The translations under genes were made by a program, and so were the position numbers. A DNA stretch of 64,000 nt from Macrostomum hystrix (taxonomy: Eukaryota > Animalia > Platyhelminthes): assembly GCA_950097015.1 (NCBI GenBank), contig CATNEN010000001.1, positions 22,568,001 through 22,632,000 on the forward strand, written 5' to 3'. Of the stretch, positions 1-11,350 are shown piece by piece. Below the pieces are notes generated by a model. The model saw nothing but the letters and a program-made list of their open reading frames with translations. It searched no databases and had not been told where the DNA came from. How positions within the stretch are numbered: the first letter of the stretch is position 1; each line of letters opens with the position of its first letter.

Positions 1-2043
1 GGTCAGGAGGATCAGCAGTTAGCTCGTTGCAGCCAGTCCTGCCTGCCGACTGCTGGTCTCTCCGTGGGACAGGGAGCAGAGGTGGAGGGGAGTTGTCAGA
101 CTCGTTGCGACCAGTCTCGCCTGTCAAGGACACCCCCTGCTGCCAGGGCTCCTGGGTCCAAGGACAAGGAGGACAGGGACAGTGGAGAGCTGCCTCCGGT
201 AAGAGCAGTGGTGACAGAGTTCCTGAAGGTGCCGGTTAGCCAGGTCGAGTTGCTAGAAGCTCAGCACCAAGATCCGGCAATCCGATACCTGACGGAACTG
301 AAGCTGTCAGGAAAGGACAAGCCCAGGTTCGATCAGCGACTCCAGATGCCGAAAGAGGTCAGAGACCTCCTGGGTGCATTTGAGGAGCTGGAGGTGCGCG
401 ACGGGTTGCTCGTCATAGACTTTGATGACAACCGGCCGCCGCGACCAGTGCTACCGAAAGCGTTAGACTCGCGCGTCTTTGAGGCTTTGCATGATTCGCC
501 CTTGGCGGGTCATCTCGGCCAGTCCAAGACGGTGCAGAGAGTGAGAGACAGGTTCTGGAGACCCGGTCTCTGGTCGGAGGCGACGGGGTACGTGGCACGT
601 TGCAGGACATGCCTGGAGAGCAAGACAAGGCGGAAGGAGGTAGTCCCACCGCAGAGCTATCCAGTGTGTGAGGTTTTGGGAAGGGTGCATGCCGACGTAA
701 TCGGGCCTTTGTCTCAACCAAGTGCTCGAGGACATCGGTACATCCTCACCCTGTGTGATGCAACATCGAAGTACCCGTTTGCCTACCCGATGCGAAACCA
801 GAAGACGAAAACCGTGATCAAACTGCTGCTGGATAGGTTCATTCCCGAGTACGGTGCACCAGCCTGGCTGCACACGGACCAGGGGACGAACTTCATGAGT
901 GCAGAGTTTGAGGACTTCTGTAGGCTGTATGGCATCCGTCATACGCACACGTGTCCCTATAACCCGGCCAGCAATGGCCAGGTCGAAAACCTGAATCGCC
1001 AAATCAAGTCGGTGCTCACGTGTTTGTTGGAAAAAGATCACAAGGATTGGGACCTGATGCTGCCCGCGTGCTTAATCGCGTTGCGCACCAGTGTCCACCC
1101 TGTGACCGGGTACACGCCGTACTTCCTGGTCTTCGGACGGGAGTACCGGCTGCCCGTGGACAACACGTTGACTGCGCTGGCTGAGTACGCAGACTTGCCA
1201 GATTATCTCCGACATTTCCAGGAGCGCATAGACCAGGCGGTCAATTGTGCCCGGGACAAGCTCGAGAGGTACCAGGTGCTGCGAGAAGAACACTACCAAG
1301 AAAGACCGCAGGCGAGACCACTCCGCCCAGGCCAGCTGGTCCTGCTTAACAATCCGGTGATCGAATCCGGCGAGATCAGCAAATTCCATCGGCCTAGACA
1401 ATCGGTCTACGTAGTGCTCGAGTGTAAGGGCGAGACAGTCTACAAGATCAGGCGACACGGCGATACCAGGAAGGCCAGGAAGCAGGTGCTGGTAGTCCAC
1501 CGGCGCAACCTGCTCCCGGTACCGGCCTCAATATGCGACAGGACGGAAGAGGCGAGCCCGGCAAGGCGGAAGCTCGGAAAGCCACCCAAGGGTAGCCCTC
1601 CAGTAGCTGACGCGGCCGGTGAGCCTGCCGACAGCGACGACGACGACGACGACGACGACGAGATCGGCCTGTGGAGCGCTCGAAGGTGGCACCTGCGACC
1701 ACGAGCTGTTTCCAGGCCGAATCTCCACGAACCGGCCGGTCCAGAGATCTGCAACGGAGAAGAGGCGGGGGAGGCGTATGGTGATGTGGTTGTCCCGCCG
1801 TCGGACAGTCCGTTGCCCTCTCCAACCCTGTCCCCTATCCCATCCTCTGTGCACGGGGAAGTTGCAGAAAGTGTTAGGGCCGAAGGTGTAGGTGAGGCTG
1901 CTCAGATAGGTGAAGCTAGGGATCAGGAGCCGCAGCAGAGGCCGCAAAGAGTTAGGCGAGAGCCGGAAAGGCTGCAGGTCGATCCAAGCAGAAAGTCCTA
2001 TTTTGTCAGAGCAATGTATGGCCTACCTACAATGTTTCAGTAA
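1..2043 (+). CDS. pol: Ty3/Gypsy Pol C-terminal part (integrase), 5'-truncated by window edge
   Basis: Frame is open from base 1. HHCC zinc finger (LHDSPLAGHLG...CRTC), rve core (HADVIGP...LHTDQGTNF...SNGQVE), GYTPYFLVFGREYRLP, and acidic tail ending RPQRVRREPERL. Confidence 0.93.
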   Translation, partial: GQEDQQLARCSQSCLPTAGLSVGQGAEVEGSCQTRCDQSRLSRTPPAARAPGSKDKEDRDSGELPPVRAVVTEFLKVPVSQVELLEAQHQDPAIRYLTELKLSGKDKPRFDQRLQMPKEVRDLLGAFEELEVRDGLLVIDFDDNRPPRPVLPKALDSRVFEALHDSPLAGHLGQSKTVQRVRDRFWRPGLWSEATGYVARCRTCLESKTRRKEVVPPQSYPVCEVLGRVHADVIGPLSQPSARGHRYILTLCDATSKYPFAYPMRNQKTKTVIKLLLDRFIPEYGAPAWLHTDQGTNFMSAEFEDFCRLYGIRHTHTCPYNPASNGQVENLNRQIKSVLTCLLEKDHKDWDLMLPACLIALRTSVHPVTGYTPYFLVFGREYRLPVDNTLTALAEYADLPDYLRHFQERIDQAVNCARDKLERYQVLREEHYQERPQARPLRPGQLVLLNNPVIESGEISKFHRPRQSVYVVLECKGETVYKIRRHGDTRKARKQVLVVHRRNLLPVPASICDRTEEASPARRKLGKPPKGSPPVADAAGEPADSDDDDDDDDEIGLWSARRWHLRPRAVSRPNLHEPAGPEICNGEEAGEAYGDVVVPPSDSPLPSPTLSPIPSSVHGEVAESVRAEGVGEAAQIGEARDQEPQQRPQRVRREPERLQVDPSRKSYFVRAMYGLPTMFQ

Positions 2044-2103
2044 ATTTCCTCTTCGAAGCGAGGTGAAAGGCAAATCTTAAAGATAATCAAAGAAAATAAG
2101 AAG

Positions 2104-3021
2104 ATGGAGAACGATGAAAATAGAAATCCTGAAGAGAGGGTGCCAACGCGCCCACGGCTTCTGGGAGTGACACGCAGGATTGATGCACCGATGGAGGTGA
2201 GTAAACGGGTTGAGCTGTTAAGGAGCCAATTTGGCCGCAGTGCGCCCTTCCCACTGGGTCAGCGCTCGCCGAATTGGCATCGTCAATTCATGCCATCTTT
2301 AACCCGTTCACAGCAGCCCCAGAAGAGACAACTTAGAGATGCAAACAGCCAGGAGCCAGTGTACAAAAAGCACAAAAGTACACAGGCGGTGCCAGATACT
2401 GCGGAAGCGGCGACGCAAGCGCGCAGGCCAATCCTGAGCAGCGAGAGCAGCGGCTCAGACGAGGCGCAGGTGGATCCGGGCGAGGATCTGTGGGCAGCCC
2501 TTCAGCAAGGAATGCCCTCAGACGATGAGGGAGTGGCAGACCCCGACTCAGACCACAGCCACGAGTCCGACGCCGAGGGTCCAGCAGCACCTCCGGCTGC
2601 GGAGCTGTCCCCGCCTCGGGATTCATCTTCAGGAGAGAGCCCAGATGACTTGGGCGCGGCCGCTCGTCCGAGACGGCGTAGAGGAGGTGCCCAGCGGCGT
2701 CGGCAGCGCCGGGCCCAATGGGAGGGCAGAGCTGCAGACCGCGAAGCGGCTACTCAATTCGTGGCCGAATCGTTGGCACGTGCTGCCCGGGGCCAACTGG
2801 ATGAAGGCTGGCCTGCCGCGGTACAAAGAGCCTTCGCCAACGAAGAGAGAGCTACGCGGCGAGAAATGGCTCAGGAGGCAGCAGCGTGGACTGAGGTGGC
2901 CATCAATGGCCCGGCCAGGACGCCACACCAGCTAGTGGCCCGGTATGGCCTGGTCATGATCGAACTGGTGGAAGGAGGGTGGCTGCCAGAGGCCATGCTG
3001 CGCATGTCAGCCTACTATTAA
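2104..3021 (+). CDS. Additional ORF downstream of pol (305 aa, low complexity, Arg-rich NLS-like cluster; no signal peptide or TM segment seen)
   Basis: ATG-initiated 918-bp ORF 60 bp after the pol stop, same strand and GC-rich like pol; contains RPRRRRGGAQRRRQRR. Confidence 0.6.
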   Translation: MENDENRNPEERVPTRPRLLGVTRRIDAPMEVSKRVELLRSQFGRSAPFPLGQRSPNWHRQFMPSLTRSQQPQKRQLRDANSQEPVYKKHKSTQAVPDTAEAATQARRPILSSESSGSDEAQVDPGEDLWAALQQGMPSDDEGVADPDSDHSHESDAEGPAAPPAAELSPPRDSSSGESPDDLGAAARPRRRRGGAQRRRQRRAQWEGRAADREAATQFVAESLARAARGQLDEGWPAAVQRAFANEERATRREMAQEAAAWTEVAINGPARTPHQLVARYGLVMIELVEGGWLPEAMLRMSAYY

Positions 3022-3462
3022 TGTGCATGATTATCCAGTAGCGCCACAATTCGTGCATGCGCCGATATTTAGTTCCCGTGCATATGCTATTATTAGTTTG
3101 TTTGTTGATTTTTGTACGATCTATCTGTTTTAGCCTTGTAAGGTCCTTACTAGTTCCTGTTGTTTAGGCGCCATGAGCATTTAATTTTCACATTGATGTT
3201 CTTGGCCTACGGTTGCCGTTGTAGTGTGTTTTTTTTTTGTCTTATATATTTGTTTATTCAGCAGTTAATGCGCCATGTACGATTGTTGATTTATGCGCCA
3301 TGGATACATTTGATTTGATGGCAGTGCCTGTTTATGGCCGATTCGTTCAGTGTGACAGTTGTGCGTAAATACAAGGAAGAGAAGGTGCTTACCTGTTTTT
3401 GGTTTAAGTGCGGCTGACGGCCAGCCGGTGTTGACCGTCATCCTTTAGCTGGAGGAGAATGA

Positions 3463-5621
3463 TGTGCTGTAGACTGCTGAGCAGCCTCCAGGCAATCTGT
3501 GAGTCAGGCTGTTCTAGGTCTGTGGGAGGGCTAGGGTTGGTAGTTAGTGTTTCCCGTGCACGGTCACTTCCGCTCGCCACCCCCCTCCTCTCTCGTTCTC
3601 TCATTCCAGCTCTGTCTGCGCACTGAGTCACATTGCACACCATGGTGCAATCGCTTAAGTTCGGAAGAAGACTGGCATAACAACGCTCAAATGCTCCTAC
3701 TATAAGTAGAGCACAGTCTGACGAATCCTTGAGATCGTGTTAGTGCCATGGTAGCACAATTTCTGTATGAATATGGCACGTTTCTTGTCTCCAGTCTTCG
3801 TACCCGCTCGGAACAGTTTGTGATTACTTTCTGTGTCCATTCTTTTGGCTCTCTAAAGATCTTAGACAATTCTTGTTGGTCTAGGTCACACACTGCATTT
3901 AGAAGCTTGGTGTGTCACCCGATCAAGCATAAGATCTGAGAGTTTAGCTAGGAAGTGGACTAAGTAGAAGAAGTCCCGAGAGAACTTAGCTGTCTAAGCC
4001 TGACTACCGGATTGTTCTTCTGCTAGGAAGCATCTGAGTGTGAGGCCGGATACTCTCTCTCTCGGAATCTAGTTCCTGTCTTGGTTATTTGCCAATTGTG
4101 TGTGCCACGCTACCACAGGTACAACAAGAGGCAGGAGAGATTAGGCAGAACACTGGCTGAGTGATTACGCAAGTGATGATTATTAGATCACGCCTCTAGC
4201 CCCCATGGCCGCGGTTGCGAGAGGCGGGGAAAAGTCGGAGAGATCAATTGGCAAAGGAATTTGACGCACACACTGGAATCCGCCAGTGAGCGGGGAAAGC
4301 CGGCCAAGGAATCCCCCACCTCTAGGCAGCAATGCACACGCTACATTCCGCATTTTACTCACGAATCCCTAGCTCCTTATTACTCTTGTACGCGCTCACA
4401 GTCGTCTTCCTGCCGCAGCCTTCAGCTCGGCATCACCAGAGCCCACCCCCTGAGAGTTTAGCCACTCATCTCTGAGGGCTGTCTAACAATAAAATAAAAG
4501 TGAAAGAGAGACATAGTAAAAGGAATTAAGTTGTTGTAAAATTAAGCCCGATAAGTTAAATGATAGCTGTGATTAGATAGTTTATTAGGCTAAACAAATC
4601 CCCGCCCTCGCCCTAATTTCCCACTAGCAATTAAAATCCGCTGCGCGGGTCACTAATCTGTAATGCTGGTTGACGGGCTGCAGGCTGTTTTTCTCGCTGG
4701 GAGGGGCAATTGAAAGAAGGAATGGGGACAGGGGTGTTTAGTGCAATTGGCAAGGGGCCAAATTGCAGGAGCACACGGCTCAATTAGAGCTCACCCAAAG
4801 GGGTGGCTTCTACGCTCAGGGGCTACACAGGTAATTCACCTGTGACTGTTCTTAGGAGCCTTAGGCTCAGGGACTAAGTCCTAGCTGAAGGGGGAAGAGT
4901 CCGCGGATCCGGTTCTAGGACCAAAGGTAGGTCCGGGGAAGATCCGGCCGGGAGCGGGGAAGGTAGGTGAGCTGGTGAGCTGGAAGCCGTTTTTTCCAGG
5001 GGCAGCGCAGCGCGCTTTCTTAAATAGTCCTGCAGCGCCGTCAACCTCACATTTATCAAATAACCCACATTCTCGCCCGCCTGTCAGCAAGGAACCGAGT
5101 CGGCAATTATGCCACCCCGATTACCCACTGAAGCGGCGGCGAGAAACGCCAGATGCCCCACTAGGAGCGTCTGTCGGCAGTCGGCAATGATTGCGATCCC
5201 GCCAGGATAAAGGAAGCGCAGGCGCCGACCTGCCTATAGTGTCGTTACATGTATCTAAAGAGGGAAAGGTCACATAATCGAGTCTCGGCTCGGATTACAG
5301 TAAAGAAGTGGGACATGAAGAATTAATGCTCACTCGTAACGCGTGAGTGATCCCTACAATCTGATTGCGGTTTGGAGGGGAATTATGACCTAAACTAGTT
5401 CATACAGTATTGCTATGGCCGCGATCAGTCATTCCTACAGGGGACTAGACAGATCCGAGGAAAGGGGATTCGACGGCTACTTAATTCACCGCGGCCCCAA
5501 ACCCGGCCTTAAGATTAATGGTCTTGTTTGGTGGCCAGCTGCTATGTGGGTCGCGATTATTAACTTGCTAAAAATGGAAAAATTTGGCTGGCTCACATCC
5601 CCACTCGATTCCCGCAGCACA
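3463..5621 (+). mobile_element. Probable 3' LTR (~2159 bp) of the first Gypsy element
   Basis: Purine tract GGAGGAGAATGA (3451-3462) directly precedes TGTGCTG. The segment ends CAGCACA (7-bp terminal inverted repeat), contains AATAAA at ~4488, and sequence character changes shortly after 5621. The 5' LTR is outside the window, so this is unconfirmed. Confidence 0.6.
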
Positions 5622-5743
5622 CTCCACATCAACGGACATAATCTTTATCCACCATGTCATTTCATTTTTGCCATAATCGCATAGCCGTTGAGCTAAATTG
5701 TCAAGGCACATCAGCTATTATATCACAGCACTTTTAATTTAAG

Positions 5744-5935
5744 CAGTTTAGCCATAAATCTAAATCAGTTTAGCCATAAATCTAAATCAGTTTAGCCATA
5801 ATCTGAATGCACTTTAGACATAAGCGTTTAGCAATAGTAGTTTAGCAATAATCTAATTTCAAATTTGCCATAATCTCACTATTATAGTTTAGCTTAAGTT
5901 GACAATGATCCCCCAGTTGACAATGTTCCCCAGTT
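5744..5935. repeat. Minisatellites: 22-bp CAGTTTAGCCATAAATCTAAAT units, then 18-bp GTTGACAATGATCCCCCA units
   Basis: Direct tandem copies visible; the 18-bp unit recurs at 8420-8635. Confidence 0.8.
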
Positions 5936-5980
5936 GAATTTTTATAATAGCTTCTTTCGTAGAAAATTGAGAACATCAAA

Positions 5981-6505
5981 AATTGAATGACTATTAGGCA
6001 AAATTATCGTACAAATTTTTATTCAAATATATTTTCATCATGATGTTATAAGATAACAAAATCAAAGTGTAGAGAATTCAATTCAATTAGAATAGAAATA
6101 ATTGCTTTGCGCCAAAAAATTATTTACAATAACATTACAGACGACGAATTTGCAGAAGGCTCCGCCAACAAGACAGTATCATTGCACAGATCATTGCATT
6201 TGACTGCAAGAATAATGGTGTCAATCCTACTGCTTGTTGGCTTGCTTTACTCTGCACTGCTGGTCAGAGGCATTCACTGGGGCAAGTTAAGTTCACGCAC
6301 TCAACATCACACAAAAAGCTTAGCTATCACAAGTCTCTGGGTTTGCTGGAGCTGCTTCAAACCTCTCAATGGCTGCATACCCTCAGTTTTAGAGTGGAAG
6401 AACCTCTGAATCGTGAAAAAGCAGCGAACACGTTATTTCAACCACTCTCTCAAGGCCCATTGATATGCAGCCAACCTGCTTTATTTACCTAATATTTACC
6501 TAAAT
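5981..6505. repeat. Dispersed non-coding block X, copy 1 (probably Helitron internal sequence)
   Basis: Nearly identical to 20481-21000 and homologous to 24780-25160, all in the same orientation. Confidence 0.85.
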
Positions 6506-7334
6506 TAATTTCACAATTGCATAACTAAATTATGATCATCGCATAGCTACCTAAATTCATAAGGCTCATTGCATAGTAGAAGGATTAGTACCAGGGGTGT
6601 CCGTAAAGCCTTGAAACTTTTCTGCTTCGGGTAAAACTTTTTATCTACTGCAACAAAACATGCAACATATGTTTGCGGCGCAACTGTGTAAACTTTAAGT
6701 GCAAAAATGGAAGCAATATTGTTAAAACCATAAAAATTTATGCCCATATTAGTGCAAAAGTATCTAGTGTTACCATACAGAAGTTAGGAATACGTAGCGA
6801 CCGAGTGTAAAAATGAAGGTGCACCATGTCCCTGAAAGTCGGTGGGCCACGAGCTTGCTAAGCACCCACGTGTACAGGCACACAATGTTTGTGCTGCAGC
6901 TGCTTTTCCAGTTTGATCAACTTTAGACAACATCTGATCTGGAAGTAGCTGCCTTCCAAACAGAATCCATAAAGCTTAACGGGCCATGTACATTTAAGGC
7001 TGGGCCAGCACCACGGAGCCTTCACTGTTCGGCGGATGGGATTAAAGGGGCTGAGTTTTGACAAACTCAACAGCATATATGAACAGAAGGCCAGTTGTGA
7101 CTGCCTGGAGGATGAGGTTCGACGAATCCTCTTCACTGCGATCTAAAGCTGCCACTACGCGGATGCGATTGACCGCAGGAGAAGTTTTGCTTTTCTGCAT
7201 CTGCTGTTTTTGCTACACTCAGCGACTTTCATGCTATGCTGACTAACTTTTACTCATGTCATGGAATGACATTTTAAAAACAGTTTTCATCGTTAACTTT
7301 GCTGTTTCTAACATCTGTATGAGACAATAAGATA

Positions 7335-7555
7335 CCTTGCACAGATATTGGCAAAACTTTTAATAGTTTCAGACACTTCGATTTTTGCTCAAAGTTTACA
7401 CAAATGCGCTGCTATCAGATGGGTGGTGTCTTGTTAAAGTAAATAAAAAGTTTCACTAGTAGCAGAAAAAAATTACTACCTTACGTTCACCCCTCTTACT
7501 GATCTCAATTCTGGTTTGCAATGATCCCAATTGAGTTATGCAATGATCCAAATAT
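7335..7555. repeat. Dispersed block Y, copy 1
   Basis: Homologous to 25536-25750 (ATATTGGCAAAACTTTT...GTTTACACAAATGCGC...AAAGTTTCACT) and more weakly to 21030-21190. Confidence 0.75.
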
Positions 7556-7750
7556 AGCAAGATTCAGACTCTTGTTTGACCATGATTTAAGCTCTGGTTT
7601 AGCCATGATTCAAACTCTTGTTTAGCCATGATTGAAGCTCTGGTTTAGCCATGATTCAAACTCTTGTTTAGCCATGATTTAAGCGCTGGTTTAGCCATGA
7701 TTCAAACTCTATTGTTGCAATGATTCAAACTCAGATTTGCTATGATTTAT
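7556..7750. repeat. 23-bp minisatellite (GCCATGATTCAAACTCTTGTTTA / GCCATGATTTAAGCTCTGGTTTA alternating)
   Basis: Units start at 7602, 7625, 7648 and 7671, with A/B alternation. Confidence 0.9.
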
Positions 7751-8199
7751 GATATTTTATTTACGGAATGAAAAAAATATGTTAAAATAATCTTCAATCA
7801 CTACTGGCTGAAATTAGTTTAAATGATTTGACGCAGTGCAGAATCGAACCCTAGCCTAGTAGCATAACATATTCCTAGTGCCTACACATCGGCTATTCCG
7901 ACTGTTGATTAGTAGGTAAAAAAATCTGCCTTATAAAATGAATTCTCAAAGTTTTGGCTTTGTACAATGAAGTAAGAAAATAGAGTACACTCAGTCTCGC
8001 GGTTGGTTGTGTACATTTATTTCCAATTTGTCTCCAGAGTGCAGGCTTCAAATTCAATCAGCTGGGGGTTGTTGCGCAATTTGACGATGCAATTCTAATT
8101 CAGCGGCAGAGTAAAATTCTCAATAGGCCAAGATGGTTTGACCTTTGAAAAAATCATGTTTTTCGAATATTTAATCCCCTTGGCAATGGAATTTAGCTT

Positions 8200-8331
8200 A
8201 AAATACGTGTACCGATTCGGGATCATTTGTGATCTTTTGGTGAAGAAATGGTGAAAATCGGTTGAGCCGTTCGGGAGAAAATCAATTACAAGCAAGCAAG
8301 CAAGCAAACATTTCATTTTTAGTATAGTAGA
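8200..8331 (-). mobile_element. Helitron 5' terminus
   Basis: Minus strand reads TCTACTATACTAAAAATGAAATG, then a (TTGC)n microsatellite, then ACGGCTCAACCGATTTTCACC. This 5'-end layout is typical of animal non-autonomous Helitrons. Confidence 0.7.
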
Positions 8332-8365
8332 CTAGCAAGTTTTGCCCCCCTTCGGGGAGCAGAAA
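8332..8365 (-). mobile_element. Helitron 3' terminus (GC hairpin + CTAG)
   Basis: Minus strand GCTCCCCGAAGGGGGGC hairpin, 8-nt spacer AAAACTTG, then CTAG followed by T. Confidence 0.75.
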
Positions 8366-8419
8366 TACTTTTAATTCGTCTAGTATATACTTTTTAGCAG
8401 CTGAATTTACAGCTTTTTA

Positions 8420-8635
8420 AAGCTACAATGATCCCCCAGTTCACAATGATCCCCCAGTCAACAATGTTTCCACAGTTGACAATGATCCCCCAATTGATGA
8501 TGATCACCCAGTTGACAATGATCCCCCAGTTGATGATGACTTCCCATTGATGATGATCCCCAGTTAACAATGTTCCCCCAGTTGACAATATTCCCCCAGT
8601 TGACAATGATCCCCCAGTTGACAATGATCACCCCA
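8420..8635. repeat. 18-bp minisatellite GTTGACAATGATCCCCCA (~12 copies)
   Basis: Units at 8581, 8599, 8617 etc. Confidence 0.9.
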
Positions 8636-9036
8636 CCTAACGGCCGTGGACTAGCCGGCCCCAGCTCATGGTAAAAATTAGACGGCTAGCCCAGGTCACC
8701 TCACCGTGCCATGAGTCCGGCTAGACGAGTGCAGCTCATGAGCTCCCTGAGGGAACGTGAAGCGTGGGAACCCCATGATGAAGCGTGGTTGGCTGGGAGG
8801 GGTTGGTTACGCGAACTTGGGAACGAACTAGACGATGGTGCCATACATCCCTATTTGAGCGGGGGACAAAGGGGAACGAACTGTTTTTCCTCTTCCCACC
8901 AAAACTCGAATAGTAAAGAGCTCGTCGAGTCAAAACTTCAAATCTAATTCTATATCCTATACTAGCTAGAATTGTTAAATAGAAACCTTTTTTTATTAGC
9001 TCAAATAAGAACTGACAGGTAAGCCAAGTTTAGGTG

Positions 9037-9197
9037 ACCATGTCGGTTTAATATTTTCCTATTTGTAATAATGTATTGTAAGAGTTTGTGGCATGTCAAA
9101 ATCAATCCATATTAGTTATTTGACCCATGTCGGTTTAATATTTTCGTATTTGCAATACTGTATTGTAAGAGTTTGTGGCATGTCAAAATCAATCCAT
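9037..9197. repeat. Direct tandem duplication with ~85-bp period
   Basis: CCATGTCGGTTTAATATTTTC...GGCATGTCAAAATCAATCCAT occurs twice. Confidence 0.85.
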
Positions 9198-11350
9198 TCT
9201 TGTTACTGCTGTATAATAATCTACATAGTTGGAAATTGCTGGCATTATAAATATTACTATCAATATTAATAGTAGTAATAGCTCATTAATGCTGCCTGCT
9301 AAACAAGCTTTTCATGCAGATCTAAACAGTGGCATACATAGCCTATAAATCCATTCCAGGGGTCATTACTGTCTCGGGTGTCACGGCAAGCTCATGCTGA
9401 TAATTTTCGCTAATTTTTGGTGCTCAGAATTCTGATGAGTAATTGTAATGGGGCTCCAACCCCTCAGCCACATAGATCGTCACAGCGTCACCTATCCTAT
9501 ATGCAGAGGATAGGCCACCCTCTCCCATTCAAATGCACGCTCTCCTATTTCCCCTGTGTTAGGCAGATTTCTGGTAACCCATATGTTACCAGTAATGTTA
9601 CCAGTATGTTACCGGTAACCCACCATATCAAGGTGTCAAATCTTAGATAGTCCAACTCTTAATCAGTGCACCCACACCTGCAGCCCGGAGAAATATGTAA
9701 CATGCCCTGTGGCCTGTGACAATGACCTGTTAAGAGTGCCTTCAAGGAAGTGAATATTTCAGTCAAACCAATGCAGAAAAGTTGCAACACAGACTACTAG
9801 ATGAGGAGTAGTATCAACTGTCAGTCGTTCTTACTCTGCATCTGGCGCAGGAGAAAAGGGGAATGACGGAGAGATCGGGAGAGAGAGCAGATGAAAAAAA
9901 GCACTGTGGAAAGCGGCAGAATTTGAATGTAATTGAAAGTTAGAAACAGGAACAGCCTCTATTTGTCAAAGTCAGTGTGTTAAATATAAGGAAAATGCCT
10001 GACCATAGCGGGCATGTCTCCTCGAGGCTGATGCAGAGAGGAGAATCTGAGAAGAGAATCATATGGAATCGAGTCCTCGTTTAATTATTGGTATTAGCAT
10101 GTAGCATTAATAGAATGGGACCATATAGGACCAAAACACCTGTTTATAAAAAATGAGGGCCATTGCATTTGAATTCACATTGAACTGTAACTTTCACAAA
10201 AGCAATCAATATTTTTATAGATATTAACTCACACGCTCGTCCAAAGAGTCGAGCTGCAGGCTGATAGTAGCTAGCTCTGAGAGCAAAAGTATTGCAGTAA
10301 CTTGAGGCTTGCCTAGAACCAGACATTGGCAGTTTGACAGCAAAGACCTAGTCGTCCATTAGAGTCCATAATGTTGACAAGCGAACAGTCAGGCAGCAAG
10401 CAAGGCAGGCTGGAAATGTTTGAGGAAAATGTATTAATATCAATATTTAGTGCAAAAACTGAAAACCATGATTAAACTGTGATTACCTCTTTAAAAGTTA
10501 AAAAAACTCAAAGCTTGTGAAATGTGTGCAGCATGTGTTTTGACTAGGGCCTGTTAAGAGCACCTTCAAGGAAATGAATATATCAGTCCCACTGGTAGCT
10601 ATAGAATACTTAAATAGCTGTTCCAAGACCAAAAATTCACCATGCACATGCTAAATAATTCCTGAAGAATAAGTTTCAATGTAGAACTAATTTTCAAGTT
10701 AAGAATTCGAAATTGTATTTCATGAATTTTTTATGCTTTTTCCTATTAATAGCAATGGTGACATGTTACAGTTTTGGATTTTCTAACTTGACCATTTTGT
10801 GGCCCTATAATATGGTATTACTTGACATGCCTATAGACTCTCCAAAAATATATACTTTGCCAATGAAGAGTAGGTAAATAGTTCATGTGACAGACATGTG
10901 ATTTACATATTTCTAAAAAACTTAATTTTAGATGGGACCTACTAGCGGCAATGAATTTCTTCGAAAGAAGGGCTGTGCTAGTAAGTGTTTTCTATACAGT
11001 AAGACTTAAAGAAATTGGGCATTTCTGCACCTACTACCTTGGTTTTTGTTCAGAATTGTACAGCTGACTGGAAAAAAAAGAAAAGGGCAGCTTTCTTAGT
11101 TTTCTAAAAAATGGGTGACTGCCTTAAAAACTTGGTAAATATGCTTTCATGGATAATGCTGGTTTGGGTATTAATTTTTCATTTTTTATTTAAACAGTTA
11201 ATTCAGTAATGGTGTTGTTCTCTCCCCCAAGGTCAAGGATAGATTAACTTAAGCATGGCCTCACTTTTAATTCTTGCAGTTCTGGACAAAAGCCTAGTAG
11301 TGGAAATCTCGTTTAAATATTTTTAATATCATATACCTCTTCATTTCAGC

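Noticed and set aside
1500-2043. Chromodomain at the integrase C-terminus (either Gypsy element)
   Set aside because: The tails are low-complexity acidic or Pro-rich with no aromatic-cage motif.
2104-3021. env gene
   Set aside because: No signal peptide, fusion peptide or transmembrane anchor visible.
6107-6409. Small membrane-protein ORFs repeated at 6107, 20603 and 24812
   Set aside because: Starts, stops and frames differ between copies; they are by-products of non-coding block X.
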